Below, in pieces: positions 1 through 14,030 of a stretch of 64,000 nucleotides of DNA (its first letter is position 1; every line of letters begins with the position of its first letter). The stretch lies in contig OZ024743.1 of NCBI GenBank assembly GCA_964016885.1, positions 54,436,001-54,500,000 of the forward strand. Reading direction: 5' to 3'. Source of the stretch: Eledone cirrhosa. Taxonomy: Eukaryota. Below the pieces are notes generated by a model. It was not told the DNA's origin. It ran no database searches and saw nothing but the letters and a program-made list of their open reading frames with translations. Both the position numbers and the translations under genes were made by a program.

Positions 1-126
1 TATGTATACGATGCAAAACTGGTTCTTTGTTCCCTTATATATTAATACTATTGATACTCTGCTCCCCAAGAGCATCGAGTGCTCATTCGGCATACCGCCT
101 ACGGATGCAATTGATTCGCACCTTTA

Positions 127-222
<96 letters not shown>

Positions 223-309
223 CGTTTCTGAATTTGCTTAGCAAGATTCTTATCTTGATGGCGTAGGACAGAACAAAGTAGAGGCACAAAACAAAGAGAA
301 GAATCCCCA

Positions 310-352
310 GTCACTGAACAGGTCACAGAATGTGTGACGAAAGAACTTTGAC
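310..352 (+). ncRNA. Degenerate minimal hammerhead ribozyme (G8>C)
   Basis: gtca-CTGAACA-g-gtcaca/gaatg/tgtgac-GAAA-gaac-TT-tgac; the same family 3' end recurs at 9181-9410. Confidence 0.5.
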
Positions 353-510
353 AATATATGAACAACCGTCCGGTTGTGGAACCAACCAACCGGAAATTTA
401 TAAATTCTTAAATTTATAAATTTAATTTATAATAAATTGGAGTGAACGCAACTGGTGCATGTGTTTCTTATTGGCAACATGGCCCTCCCAAAGTATAACA
501 ATATATATAT

Positions 511-564
<54 letters not shown>

Positions 565-733
565 CCTATGTTTCATTGTGGTTTCCAGAGTCAGGTTCGA
601 TCAGTAATCGATCGTTCCTCGAAGTGATCGACAGTGAAACATATGTAATATGTAATTAAATATGTATATGATGCAACACTGATTCTTTGTTCCCTTATAT
701 ATTATTATCATTATTATCATTATTATTATTATT

Positions 734-1953
734 GTTCTTTGAGTCTCATTCATTGATGTTAATTAAATGGAAAGTCTGTTTGAATGAATATCAACCCACT
801 ACCTGCAACCTCAGACATTCAGGGCATATCGGAGGGTTCTTGCCGTTCCCAGCAAGCATGCTTTTTGAAGTGTTCCAAAAAGCGGGGCTGGACTAATCTT
901 CTTTAACCATATCTGGAAACTTTTTGAGATAGTACCTAGTGCGCCTATGACAATCGGGACCACTTTGATTTCATGGCAGTTCCAAATCCTTTTTACCCCC
1001 CACTTTAAGTCCTGGTATCGATTAATTTTCTCCCTCTCCTTCTCTTGCACTCTCGTGTCGAATGGGCAGGCCACATCTACAAACAGGCACGATCTTTTTT
1101 CCTTGTCCACAACCACCAGGTCAGGCCTATTGTGTTCTAATTTCTTGTCCGTCTGTATCCTAAAATCCCATAGCACATTCACCTGATCGTTTTCTATCAC
1201 CGACTCTGGCTTATGTTCATACCACTTCTCAGATGTGGTAAATTGTTTAGTTTGCAAAGATGCCAGTGGATCACTTTGCCTATCACATCATGTCTCCAGC
1301 CTTTATAGTGAGTCTGGGCTAGGTGGTTACAACCGGATACAATGTGAGCCACAGTCTCCTCTCTCTCTCCACAGATACTGCACAGTGAGCTAGCCTCCTC
1401 CTTGTCAATATGGTGTTTCACCCACTTCATTCTGAGGGCTTGCTCTTGAGCATCCATTAGCATTCCTTCTGTAGCTTTTTTAAGGTCTCATCTTTTTAAC
1501 TAGTTCCATGTCTGTGGATCTCTAAATTCCGTTTTCTTAAAGAAGGTACCATGAAAGGATTTTTCATGAAGGTTGCTCTTCCTCCTTGTTGTTATTTCCT
1601 CCTTGGTCATCCTCTGGTCTATTGTCTTTTCCTTCAGTACAATTTTGAGCACTGTCAGTCACGTATTTGTGTAGGTTGTTTTTCTCCATCTGAACACAGT
1701 CCTCTATTCTGATAAGACCTCTTCCACCTTCAGATCTCTTTAAGTAGAGTCTATCAACATCACTCCTCTTGTGGAACATGCTGTAGATAGTCATTAGCTT
1801 CCTAGTATTCCTATCTATTTCTTTTTGTTCAGCAACATTCCATTTCAGAATTCCCGCGCTGTACCTAAAAATAGACACAGCTCGGGAATTTACGGCACTT
1901 ATGACATTCCTACTGCTTAGATGTGATTTTAGTATGTTCCTTATTCTCTTGAT
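734..1953 (-). mobile_element. 5'-truncated, decayed R4/Dong-clade non-LTR retrotransposon (C-terminal CCHC finger + restriction-like endonuclease), copy 1
   Basis: ORF fragments CSICGEREETVAHIVSGC, RHD, RPDLVVVD..DVACP..EK..Y, LQKACLLGT; 3' end abuts a (TAA)n tract at 700-733; frameshifted. Confidence 0.9.
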
Positions 1954-1967
1954 TTATCATTATTATC

Positions 1968-2147
1968 GGTGGATTGGCAGTAATGGTAGAGGGTCAGACG
2001 CCATGCTTTCCAGCTGAGTTCAAATCCCGCCGAGGTTGACTTTGCCTTTCATCTTTACGGGGTCGATAAAATAAAGTACCAGTAATGCACTGTGTTATTG
2101 CTGGCCTTGTGCCAAACGTAGAAACAATTATTATTATTATTATTATT
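1968..2147 (+). mobile_element. tRNA-derived SINE family 1, internally deleted copy
   Basis: A-box-like TGGCAGTAATGGTAG, B-box GAGTTCAAATCC, core GACTTTGCCTTTCATC..GGGGTCGATAAAATAAAGTACCAG, (ATT)n tail. Confidence 0.85.
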
Positions 2148-5100
2148 GTTCTTAGAGTCTCAGTCATTGATGTTATTTAACTGGAAAGTTTGTTGAAATG
2201 AATATCAAGCCACTACCTGCAGCCTCAGATATTCAGGACGTATCGGAGGGTTCTTGCTGTTCCCAGTAGGCATGCCTTTTGAAGTGTTCCAAAAAGCGGG
2301 GCGGGACCAATTTTCGTTAACCATCCTTGGAAACTCTTTCAGATAGTACCTAGTGCGCCTATGACAATCGGGACCACTTTGACCTCATGGCAGTTCCAAA
2401 TCCTTTTTACCTCCCACTTTAAGTCCTGGTATCGGTTAATTTTCTCCCTCTCCTTCTCTCGCACTCTCGTGTCGAATGGGCAAGCTACATTCACAATCAG
2501 GCACGATCTTTTTCCCTTGTCTAAAACCACCAGATCAGGTCTATTGTGTTCCAGTTTCTTGTCCGTCTGTATCCTAAAATCCCACAGCTCCTTCACCGAA
2601 TCGTTTTCCATCACCGACTCTGGCTTATGCTCATACCACTTCTCGGAAGGTGGTAAACTGTTTACTTTGCATAGGTGCCAGTGAGTCACCCTGCTCATCA
2701 CATCATGTCTCCAGCCTTTATAGTGAGTCTGGGCTAGGTGTTTACACTCGGATACAATGTGAGCCACAGTCTCCTCTCTCCACAGATCCTACGCAGTGGG
2801 CTAGCCTCCTCCTTGTAAATATGGTGTTTCAGCCACTTCGTTTTGAGGGCCTGCTCTTGCGCAGCCATTAGCATTCCTTCTGTAGCCTTTTTAAGGTCTC
2901 CTCTTTTCAACCAGTTTCATGTCTGTGGATCTCTAAATTCAGTTTTCTCAAAGAAGGCACTATGAAGGGATTTTTCATGAAGGTTGCTCTTTCTCCTTGT
3001 TGTTATTTCCTCCTTGGACATCCCCTGGTCTATTGTCCCCTCCTTCAGTACAATTCTGAGCATTGGCTCCCTACTATCAGTCACGTATTTGTGTAGGTTG
3101 TTTTTCTCCATCTGAACACAGTCCTCTATGCTAATAAGACCTCTTCCACCTTCAGATCTCCCTAAGTAGAGTCTATCGACATCACTCATTTTGTGGAACA
3201 TGTTGTAGATAGTCAATAGCTTCCTATTCTTCCTATCCATTTCTTTTTGTTCAGCAACATTCCATCTCAGAATTCCCGCACTGTACCTAATAATAGACAC
3301 AGCTCGGGAATTTACTGCACTTATGGCATTCCTACTATTCAGAGATGACTTTAGTACGCTCCTTACTCTCCGAATGTATTCAGATCTTATCAGTTCCTTC
3401 ATTTATTATTATTATTGTTCTTTGAGTCTCAGTCATTGATGTTAGTTAACTGGAAAGTTTGTTGAAATGAATATCAAGTCACTACCTGCAGCCTCAGATA
3501 TTCAGGACGTATCGGAGGGTTCTTGCTGTTCCCAGCAAGCATGCCTTTTGAAGCGTTCCATAAAGCGTGGCGGGGCCAATTTTCTTTAACCATCCCTGGA
3601 AACTTTTTGAGATAGTACCTAGTGCGCCTATGACAATCTGGACCACTTTGATTTCATGGCAGTTCCAAATCCTTTTTACCTCCCACTTTAAGTCCTGGTA
3701 TCCTTATATATTCAGATCTTATCAATTCCTTCATTTTTTTGTTCTTGATGTCATTAGCCTCCAGAACACCCAAATACTTGTATCCTTCTTCAGTGTAAAT
3801 TTCCTTTATCATCTCACCTGTTGGTACCTGGATTCCGTTGCTTCTGCTCAATTTACCCCTCTTCATCACAAGGACTCCACACTTACTAATACCAAATTGC
3901 ATACATATATCATTGCTGAAAATACGGACACTGTCAACAAGCACATCCAGCTCCTTCTCACTCTTCCCGAAGAGCTTAAGATCGTCCAAGAAGAGGAGGT
4001 GATTGATGGTAAGCTCTCCCTTTCCCAACTTGTATCCTGCACTCACTTTTCGCAGTATAATGGTCAGGGGCATCAGGGCAAGGACAAACAACAGAGGGGA
4101 CAGGCTATCTCCCTGGAAGATACCTCTCTTGATCTTCACGTTTCCCAAGGATTCTACAGCTGATGTTAACTCTGTTTTCCAGGACTTCATACTTTTGCCC
4201 AACAACTGTCTGATGTTATCTGCCACCTTGAAGATCTCTAGGCTTTTTGTAGTCTATCCATCCCATGGCAAGACCAGTGTGTCTCCTCTTGCAATTCCTC
4301 ATTACCATCTTATCAATAAGTAACTGGTCCTTTGTACCACGGGACTTCTTTCGGCATCCTTTCTGTTCGTCCGGTAACAAGTTGTTTGTGTGGAGGTGAT
4401 GGTAGATTTCCTCAGACATAATGCTTGTCAACAGTTTTTACATTACGGACAGACATGTGATAGGTCTATAGTTGGTAACATCATTACCCTTGATTCGGTC
4501 TTTCATTACCAGAACTGTGGTACCTTTTGTCAACCACTCTGGTACCTCACCTGACATCAAGCAGTCATTGAACATGGTTGTCAGTTTCAGGTGGAGGGAT
4601 GTTATATTTTTAATCCAATACCCCTGCACACCATCTGGACCTGGGTTGGTTAGTGTTTTGGCCTGCCCTTAAGAGTTTCAACTGTGATACTCAAATCAGT
4701 TTGTTGGTGTGCCTGTTCACTAATCTCCTTTTGTACTGTCTCAATCCACACTGCCTGGTCATTATGTTTAACATCCTGCTCCCATATTCCTCTCCAGAAT
4801 GTCTTAGTTTGTTCCGCCTCAGGAATCAAGTCGTTGCCGCTTTCTTTCCCTTCAAGCTGTCCAAACAGCATCTTCTGGTTGTAGTCAAACATGCGGTTCT
4901 GTCTATACTGACTGACTCTGCTCTCGTATCGCCTAATTTTTGCACTCTTTGCTACAATGCGTTGCTTCAGTTCCTCTATGATAATATTTAGCTTTTTCCT
5001 CCTAGTTTTGTACTTTATTTCCAGTCTATTTTTAGTGTCGATGTTTTTTAGTGTCCCATTCAGTAGGGACTCAAGCTTTCCAATGTCATTTCTCATTTCC

Positions 5101-5960
5101 CTGATTTGACCATTCAGTCGTTTCTTCCACCAAGGTTCTGATCTTTCTTGTTTGTTGTTTCCTCTCGCTTTTATGCCAAGTAATTTCCTCACTGCATTTG
5201 CTGTTGTTTTGAGGATATTGTTGCACTGGTGAAGGCTCCTCGCCTCAAGGTATGGGATGACTTTGTTTACCTTAGCTGTTGTTTCTTTTAACTTTTTCCT
5301 GTCTACAAATCTTAGGTTCATAGGTTTCCCACTATCATTGTTCAATTCATCTACCACTAAGTTTATGATATCAACCAAATCTTGTTCTAGCCCGTCAGCA
5401 TTCATCTCCTCAATGGCCGTATCTTTGTTCCAGGTATTATTTATTTCAGCATTCAGATCATTGTCTGCTTCGGTTGGTTCCTCCGTTCTCTCAACCTCTT
5501 CACCTTCATTTCCCACTGGCTCGTTTGCCTGGCATACTTCACTCTCCATTTCCAACCTAATCTCTTTGCTCAGTTCCTCCAGTTCCAGCTCGCTTATCCA
5601 CCCATTAGTTCTTTTTACCTGAGCCTGCCCGGCCAATTTTTGTTCATCTAATTTAAATAGACCAATCTCGTTCCAGATGTTATGCATCCGTTTCCTATAG
5701 CCTTTTTCCTTTGGGTTACTCTTCAGGTAACATTGCATAACAGTTCTATTCAATTCTTTCGTCCAGTTGGTTCTGGTCCCTTTCCTTCTTCTTCTTCTTC
5801 CTCCGACACCAGCAGTATTTGGTTGACAGCCAGGTCCCTGCTGCTGAGTCAGGGAGCACCTGCTGGGTGAGAGTCTGTCACATGACATTCCAGTCTCCAC
5901 TTCACCGTTATTCGAACTGTTTAGTTTCGACGTTTAAACACTCTTATCGAGGATTGGTGA
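2148..5960 (-). mobile_element. Near full-length decayed R4/Dong-clade non-LTR retrotransposon (N-terminal domain, RT, CCHC, RLE), interrupted by a short self-insertion
   Basis: N-terminal RTNWTKELNRTVMQCY..GYRKRMHNIW (4650-5900); RT motifs NYRPIT, EQKG, GIFQGDSLSPLLF, HLLFLDDLKLF, YKYLG; RLE RPDLVVLD; (TAA)n tail at 2127-2147; multiple frameshifts. Confidence 0.92.
3405..3708 (-). mobile_element. Short 3'-end fragment of the same Dong/R4 family nested in the long copy
   Basis: Matches 2148-2433; (TAA)n tail; flanked by a 28-bp direct repeat at 3377-3404 and 3709-3736 (1 mismatch). Confidence 0.85.
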
Positions 5961-6863
5961 ATGTATGGTTACATAACCACCGATGATTTCATCACCCCCC
6001 GGTGATTTTAATGTGGCACTATCACGCTGTAGACGAACATAAATAAACAAACAAACAAATAGGTAAAAAAAAAAAAAAAAGAATAAGCATAAGTTTCATT
6101 GTAATGTAATGTTTGAATGTCTGACTCAGTTTTTTTTTTTCCTTCTCTGTCTGTCTGTTTGTTTTTCTTTTCATTTTTCTTTTCTTTACGTTTTTCGTTG
6201 TTGCTGTGCTGTTTTGATTTTGATTTTTGCTTTTTTGATTTTTTGACCGGGTCATCAAATCAGTCTATTTATATCTTTTGATGCCTTCCTCTTTTAGTGG
6301 GGACACTACGATGCATGTCTTAGCAGGAGGTAGTGGGAGAGAATAGCGGCGGTAGTGATAATGAGGCAGTGGTGGTCGTGGTGGTGGTGCTGTGCTAGTA
6401 GTACTTAGCAGGAGGTAGTGGGAGAGAATAGCGGCGGTAGCGATAATGAGGCAGTGGTGGTGGTGGTGTGATCGTAGTACTGTAGTGATGGTGTTGAAGT
6501 TGAAGTAGAAATAGAAGTTGAGGTATCTTGACTAGAGTTTTTGGCGTGGTAGTGGTGATGGTGGCGGTGGTGGTGTTGGTGGTGAAATTATTTGCCTGTC
6601 TGTCCACTTAGCCATTTAGCTATTTAGCCATTTTGCCATTTTCCTCTTTTTCGACTATAACATTTCTGATACAAAATTAAATATTAGATTTTGGGGCCCT
6701 ATGCCTTAAAGTGATGAGTTATGGCTTGCTGAGCGAGAAAACGGTAATCTTATACGTCATTTGTAATAAGAATTATTCTATGACAGTTGTTTTAAATAAG
6801 TAAAAATCAAAAACTACGGGAGCGATTCCATAACGATATATATCCACCATGTGCGTTTCCTTC

Positions 6864-6897
<34 letters not shown>

Positions 6898-6902
6898 GTT
6901 AT

Positions 6903-6979
<77 letters not shown>

Positions 6980-7034
6980 TCTCTTTACTCTTTTACTCTT
7001 TTACCTGTCCCAGTTCAGGCTGAGGCCATGCTGG

Positions 7035-7105
<71 letters not shown>

Positions 7106-7920
7106 ATGGATGCATGATAAAAACGACATAAATAGAACAAGGAAATAAAGCGCTAGAAAAGACCGAGAATTGAATCGCCTGAGAAGTTAAATCAAGCAAA
7201 ACAGAGAGCGAAAAAAAAAGGTATATAGTGAGCAAAATATATTAACAATAACGCAGAAATATGTATAAATTTGAAAGTAAGCTGTAAAGCGCAGGCGTGC
7301 CTATCTGCGACGTTTTTCATTCTATTGGGCTTTATATACGCAACCTATTGGACTATTTCATATCCAAACATGTGTTGAAGCTAACATATTTACAAACATT
7401 ATATATCTATTATTATGTTGTTTATTATACATTTCACTGCAGTTAATCCTGAAAAGAGAAAACAACAAAGATATTTTTTAAATCTTTGAATATAAATTAC
7501 AATGAAAATCAAAAGCTATAAGAAAAATACCATTCACTTTATGTAAGGTAAATATGTATTATATATATATTATATGTGTGTGTGTGTGTGTGTGTGTTCC
7601 TGATGTATATATATATACACACATTCACACATACATACACACATATGTGTGTGTATATATATATATAAAAAGAAATAGGATTTCTCTTCAAGCATAGCTT
7701 TATACAATATGTATAAATAATTCGTATCTCCAAAGAAATACGGTTTTAGGAAGCCGTAGCTATGTAAACACCGGGGGGGGGGGGGGCTAACACCCTCTGG
7801 TGATCCATCAGAAGTAAGGGGGACAACCGTCTATGTATTTCGGAGGGACCGAAAACAATGAAATTAAACAAAATACGGGTAATTCATAGTAAAACTCATT
7901 ATTTTACGATCGTTTCTGGG

Positions 7921-7993
<73 letters not shown>

Positions 7994-8119
7994 TATATAT
8001 ATATATATATATACATATTTATATACACACACACACGTACAGACGCACGCACACACACTCGCTTGAGAGGGATTTTTTCTATGAAGAGCTACTGCAGTCC
8101 AGCCCTGCTGAGAGTTTCT

Positions 8120-8596
<477 letters not shown>

Positions 8597-8601
8597 CAGA
8601 A

Positions 8602-8635
<34 letters not shown>

Positions 8636-8649
8636 GTATATAACAAAAG

Positions 8650-8822
8650 AATTGTGGTAAGGAACCGGATGGACCATAACGTACCAGAGTACTCAATACT
8701 TAGGGTAGTAGAGTGGGAAATAGGAAAAAGTATGACCCCGACGGCAGAGCTGAAGCCGTTTCGACGGCTGTTTCTGGAGTCCAGAAATAGCTCTGCCGTC
8801 GGGTTCATACTTTTTCCTATAC
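8650..8822 (-). mobile_element. Short HHR-family-B element with inverted 5' end
   Basis: Homologous to 20916-21031, 27258-27466, 57025-57198; internal inverted repeat 8720-8751 / 8789-8820. Confidence 0.7.
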
Positions 8823-9006
8823 TATATATATATATATAGAGAGAGAGGTAAATATACACGGGTGTGTATGATTGTGTATAGAAGATTATATTAATAAAAG
8901 GAATTCCAACCTTGTCTGATTTACTCGTTTTATTTACAACCCTTTAAAATTTATAGTGGTATTAGAATGAAATAGTATGGTAGAATATTAAATGTTAAGT
9001 GTTAAT

Positions 9007-9045
9007 TGAACAAGTACTTTCATGCTTTCGCAATCTTCAGGTTCA
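9007..9045 (-). ncRNA. Minimal type-I hammerhead ribozyme
   Basis: Minus strand tgaac-CTGAAGA-ttgc/gaaa/gcat-GAAA-gtac-TT-gttca; palindromic stem III. Confidence 0.8.
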
Positions 9046-9120
9046 TATTCTGTGGTGACAGTCAAGTTTGAAATGTTCAACTGTGTTGAAAATTGCAAAC
9101 TTGACTATCACCACATATCA

Positions 9121-9159
9121 TGAACCTGAAGATTGCGAAAGCATGAAAGTACTTGTTCA
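9121..9159 (+). ncRNA. Minimal type-I hammerhead ribozyme
   Basis: tgaac-CTGAAGA-ttgc/gaaa/gcat-GAAA-gtac-TT-gttca; right arm of the 8988-9178 palindrome. Confidence 0.8.
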
Positions 9160-9405
9160 ATTAACACTTAACATTTAACAGATGTGCAGCGAAAGAACTT
9201 TGATAAACTATATATATGTGTTTGTGTCTATATTGTATCTGTATTATTTTTGACCGTCGGTCAGTCAATGGCAACATTGAGGACCGAATAAATTAGATTA
9301 CCGATATAAAAGACACAGAAGCGAAAAGCGAAAACCAACCAAACAGTGAGTGTGTTCTGTTATTAATTCTGGCAATATTACACAAATATGACCCTCCCCA
9401 AGTAT

Positions 9406-9497
<92 letters not shown>

Positions 9498-9599
9498 ATA
9501 TAGTATATTTATGATATATGTGTGCGTGTGAGTACATGGGTTGTATATACAGATCAAAACTATAGCGTTGTCACGTATTGGTTCACGTTGATGTTTGCT

Positions 9600-9890
9600 T
9601 GGGAATTACGTCAATGGTACACGTGCCTTTGACTACTAAAAGCGTAAGTTCGACTCTAGGTGATGCATTGTGTCGTTGAGCAATTTATTTCACGCTACCC
9701 ATGTTTACTCAGCTGAGGAAAATGTGTTACCCTGTGATTTGAAAAGTCCAGCGTCTCTTCACAGTTTCACGCAGAATCTCCCTGAGAACTACGTTACGAA
9801 TATTAGTATCTGTGAAATTCCCGATCACTTGCTCGATAAAATCTCAACGAGAACTCTAGATTTCGGAACCGACGACGTCCAACAAAACAC
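9600..9890 (+). mobile_element. Decayed SINE family 2
   Basis: B-box-like AGTTCGACTC; 3' end similar to 12120-12240. Confidence 0.5.
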
Positions 9891-11140
9891 ATACATACAT
9901 ACATACATATATACATTCAGACATTCTTACATACATACACGCTACATACACACTTACATGCACACATATATCCACAGATACATACACACATACACACATA
10001 CATACATACTACACGCATACATATATACACAGATACACCCTTACACATAGATACAATCATACACGCACACATACATACATACACACACATGCATACATAC
10101 ACACACACATATATACACAGATATATACACACATAGATACCTACATACATACACGCACACATGTTCACATACAAACACACACATACATTCATAAACACAT
10201 ACATGGTGGCTGCCAACTCGTTTTCGAGTACGGCCACTACCTTGTATCCATGTAGGAGAACCCCTACCGATGCGCTCAACGAGTGTGACTTTTTAGTCCA
10301 GCCAGCGACTTGAAAACTCTGGTTCAAACACTACACTTGTGACAATTATTGACACATAGTGCTGGGCCCATGGTACCATGTGACGACAAGTGCAGAGAGA
10401 TCTCCAGATATAAAGCAATGCCTGTGCCGTGAAGCTTTTATAGTGAGCAAAGGCACTGCACAAAGCCAGTCCCACTCTCTTAACCAAGATAATATTTACC
10501 AAAAAGAAGAACAAGTCAACATCATTGGATACCATCAGGGTTGCAGGTGTTATATCAGAGTTGTCCTTCTCCTAGAATTCTGCCTTGACAAAGGCTAAGG
10601 GGTCATCTCTCCCGGAATTCTGCCTTGACAAAGGCTAAGGGGTCATACATACACACATACATACATACACGCATACATGTATACACAAATACATACACAT
10701 ACACATATACATACGTACACACACATACTAACATACATGCATACATTCATACACACATACATACCTAAATACATACATACACACTCACATACGCACATAC
10801 ACGTACATACGTATGCACATACATACACACACATACATATATACATGCATACATACACGCATACATGTATACACAGATACATACCTAAATACATACATAG
10901 ACACACACACATACATACATACATACATACATACATACATACATACATACATACATACATACATACACACACACATACATACATATACACACACACATAC
11001 ATACATATATACATACATACATACATACATATATACACACATACATACACACACACACACACATACATACATACATACATACATACATACATACATACAT
11101 ACATACATACATACATACATACATACATACGTATATACAC
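9885..11140. repeat. (TACA)n/(CA)n microsatellite fields flanking a unique ~440-bp insert
   Basis: Direct reading; insert 10203-10645 ends in a ~32-bp direct duplication. Confidence 0.9.
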
Positions 11141-11562
11141 CCAAACATAAGTGAAATATCTTGGTAAATCTGAGAGAGTATTAAAAATTAAACAGAAAGG
11201 AAAAACCTAAAAAAATATTTCCTTAATCTTTAACTTAATCTTGAGGGGCTATTCTTTTTATAATTTTTTAAATTTTAATTTTGAAGAATAAAATAACAAC
11301 ATTTGAATATATATAAATATCCGAAATCATTAGATGAAAATATGTTTGTCTTCCCACCCCGCATCCACTCCTCATTCTCTCCTCCCCTACATATTTCATT
11401 TAAGCCGAAAAGGATTTAATTACTTTTTTGTTTTAATTTTGTTATTAAATTTTTAATTTATTAAGATTTTATCTTAATTATATTCATATCCTTTTTTGTT
11501 TTTGTACGTTTTTTTTTTTGTTAAAAAAAAATTATTTTTTCATCTTAATTATATTTATATTA

Positions 11563-11720
11563 AAGGCGGCGAATTGGCAGAGTCGTTAGAGCGTCGGATA
11601 GAATGCTTTGCTGTATTCGTTCTAGCTCTCTACTCTCTAATCCCGCCGAGGTCAACTTTGCCTTTTATTCATTCAAGGTCAATAAAAATGTACCGGTCTA
11701 GTACTGAGGTCGATTCTTCC
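11563..11720 (+). mobile_element. SINE family 1, decayed
   Basis: GGCGGCGAATTGGCAGAGTCGTTAG head; CCGCCGAGGTCAACTTTGCC core. Confidence 0.75.
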
Positions 11721-11912
11721 TCTATGTCTCATACTTCCAATCTCTCACTTTTTATCTTTCACTGAAAGAAATCTGCTGTGTTCAGACCTGGAAAGCAGAT
11801 GGGCTCCATTAGATGTAAAGACATTCTCTACAGTCGCTGTGGTTCAATGCAGCGCCCCTACGTCTCATTGAGAAGTTACGGGGCCATACATATATTGTTC
11901 TTTAATTTGTAG

Positions 11913-12240
11913 ATGCAGTATGGCTGAATAGTTAAGGATTTCACTTCGCAAACTTTAGGTTCAAGGTTCAATCCCACTGTGTAGCATCTTGGGAAAGTTT
12001 AATTGCATTGAAAGTAAAATTGTGTAGTCAGAAACTATTTGGAAGCCCACCTGATGGACCTGTGATTATAAGAGATAACTTTGTCACACACTATGTGACG
12101 GGGAATTGCCATAAGAATCATGTTAAGGGTACACGTACTTGTGGAATGTTCAGCCACTTACACCATTACTTCACGAGCAGGCTGTTACGTTTCTAAAATC
12201 ACTGGAACATTCATCGCCGAAACCGACGGAAGACCATTCT
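11913..12240 (+). mobile_element. tRNA-derived SINE family 2
   Basis: TGGCTGAATAGTTAAG A-box, GGTTCAATCCC B-box. Confidence 0.65.
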
Positions 12241-12823
12241 AGTTCAAATTCTTTCCTGTTGGCAACGTGATCTATGAATCTTGTTTTTCATAAAATTACT
12301 TTCATTGTTTGTTTACACTGATTAACAATTAGTAAATTCTTAAAGAAGATAAACAAATATTTGTTTCAGTAGAAGAATATCAACAAACAGCAAAGAGTAA
12401 AAGGGTTTAGAACAGAATAACTTCTGTCTTTTAGATTCCTCGTCCTCTCTGGCTATCTCTATATATGTATATAGCATACAAAAGTAAACTTGTCACCTAT
12501 AGTAAACTTGTCATATTATATATTCTGTAGCAACTGAGACATAGTTAGCACGATGTTTGTTGTTAGACAACTTCAAGAAAGATGCACAGACCAACATCAT
12601 GACTTGTTAAAAGTAAAGAGGAACTTCCATAGTTAGATTGAAAGATTCATGATTCTTGAAGGATACAGATGAAGGAAAATATAATTAAATTTTATCAGTT
12701 ATCAATATTTGGGATTTTGTTAAATTTTAATATGATACCGTAATGAAATATGTGTTCTTACATTCTATACAGATTAACTCCTGTTAAAGTTTGATATGTT
12801 CTACTGTACGTTAATATGATTTG

Positions 12824-12929
<106 letters not shown>

Positions 12930-13062
12930 TTCACTATTTTTTAATAATTAAATGCGATGCTCGGATTTATTCCTTGAAATTTTCTTTGAGCTTATTCTAC
13001 AGGTGATGAGGCGCGCATGTTCCAGATTTTCTCAAACATGACATCATATATAATAGTAAATG

Positions 13063-13139
<77 letters not shown>

Positions 13140-13557
13140 TAGAGAGAGAAAGAGGGAGGCAGACAGACAGCTAGGTATTATTACATATATGAGTGTGTAT
13201 GTGTGTATGTGTGTATGTATGCGTCTATGTGTGTGTATGTTTGAGTGAGTGTGTTTACCTGTGGTTCCATAATTCTATTGAAAAACATACACTGATACAC
13301 ATGTTTTAAACGTTGATCCGGATTTTACTGTCTACACTTCTTAGTGTGGCCAGGCTAATCCTACCTAAAATAGACTATATGGAATTCTACATGAAGCGAA
13401 ATAGTTTTCTATCAGTATCTATTTCTGTTTCATTCCGATCCGCTCATCAATGTAAACCTTCCTGTGAATTAGACCCTCGTAGGTTCTCACAACGGCTCTT
13501 CTAGCTGTTCTAAAGTCAAAACAAAATAGTAGCAAGGTAGCGGCTCCCTCGTGTAAT

Positions 13558-14030
13558 CTTCTTCTTCTTCTTCTTCTTCTTCTTCTTCTTCTTCTTCTTC
13601 TTCTTCTTCTTCTTCTTCTTCTTCTTCTTCTTCTTCTTCTTCTTCTTCTTCTTCTTCTTCTTCTTCTTCTTCTTCTTCTTGAGAGGGTCATGGGAACAGA
13701 GTCCTAACACACACCTTCCCGCGGATCCTGTTAGAATCAACCATATCCACTGATCCGACTGGATATTATCCAATCAACTTGCCCGGCGTCTACCCCTGAG
13801 TCTCCGGTCGGTTGGTTGGTTTTGTCTGTCCAGCGATTCTATCCTGGGACTTTCTAACCTCATGCCCATACTATCGAATCTCTAAGCTCTCAATTCGGAG
13901 AAGTAGCAGCTCTACTTGGAGTGACTCTCTGATCTCCTAGCTATACACTCTATCGATTAATGTTGTTCTAAACACCCTTCGGAGGAACCTCATCTCGGTC
14001 GCTTGTATTTGCGATCACATTCTTGTTACT
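13558..14030 (-). mobile_element. RTE-like LINE 3' fragment with (GAA)n tail
   Basis: Minus-strand LLLRIE..GH..R..W-type RT C-terminus; homologous to 48058-48560; tail 13558-13680. Confidence 0.7.

Noticed and set aside
1968-2147. SINE family 1 as the non-autonomous partner of the Dong/R4 element
   Set aside because: Sense tails have opposite polarity (ATT versus TAA) and no convincing shared 3' sequence
3567-4163. 198-aa plus-strand ORF
   Set aside because: Antisense shadow of the retrotransposon RT region
7790-7860. Possible hammerhead (CTGATGG / GAAA pieces); similar weak candidates at ~7300, ~13005, ~19000, ~27020 and ~62020
   Set aside because: Core and stems cannot be assembled without several mismatches
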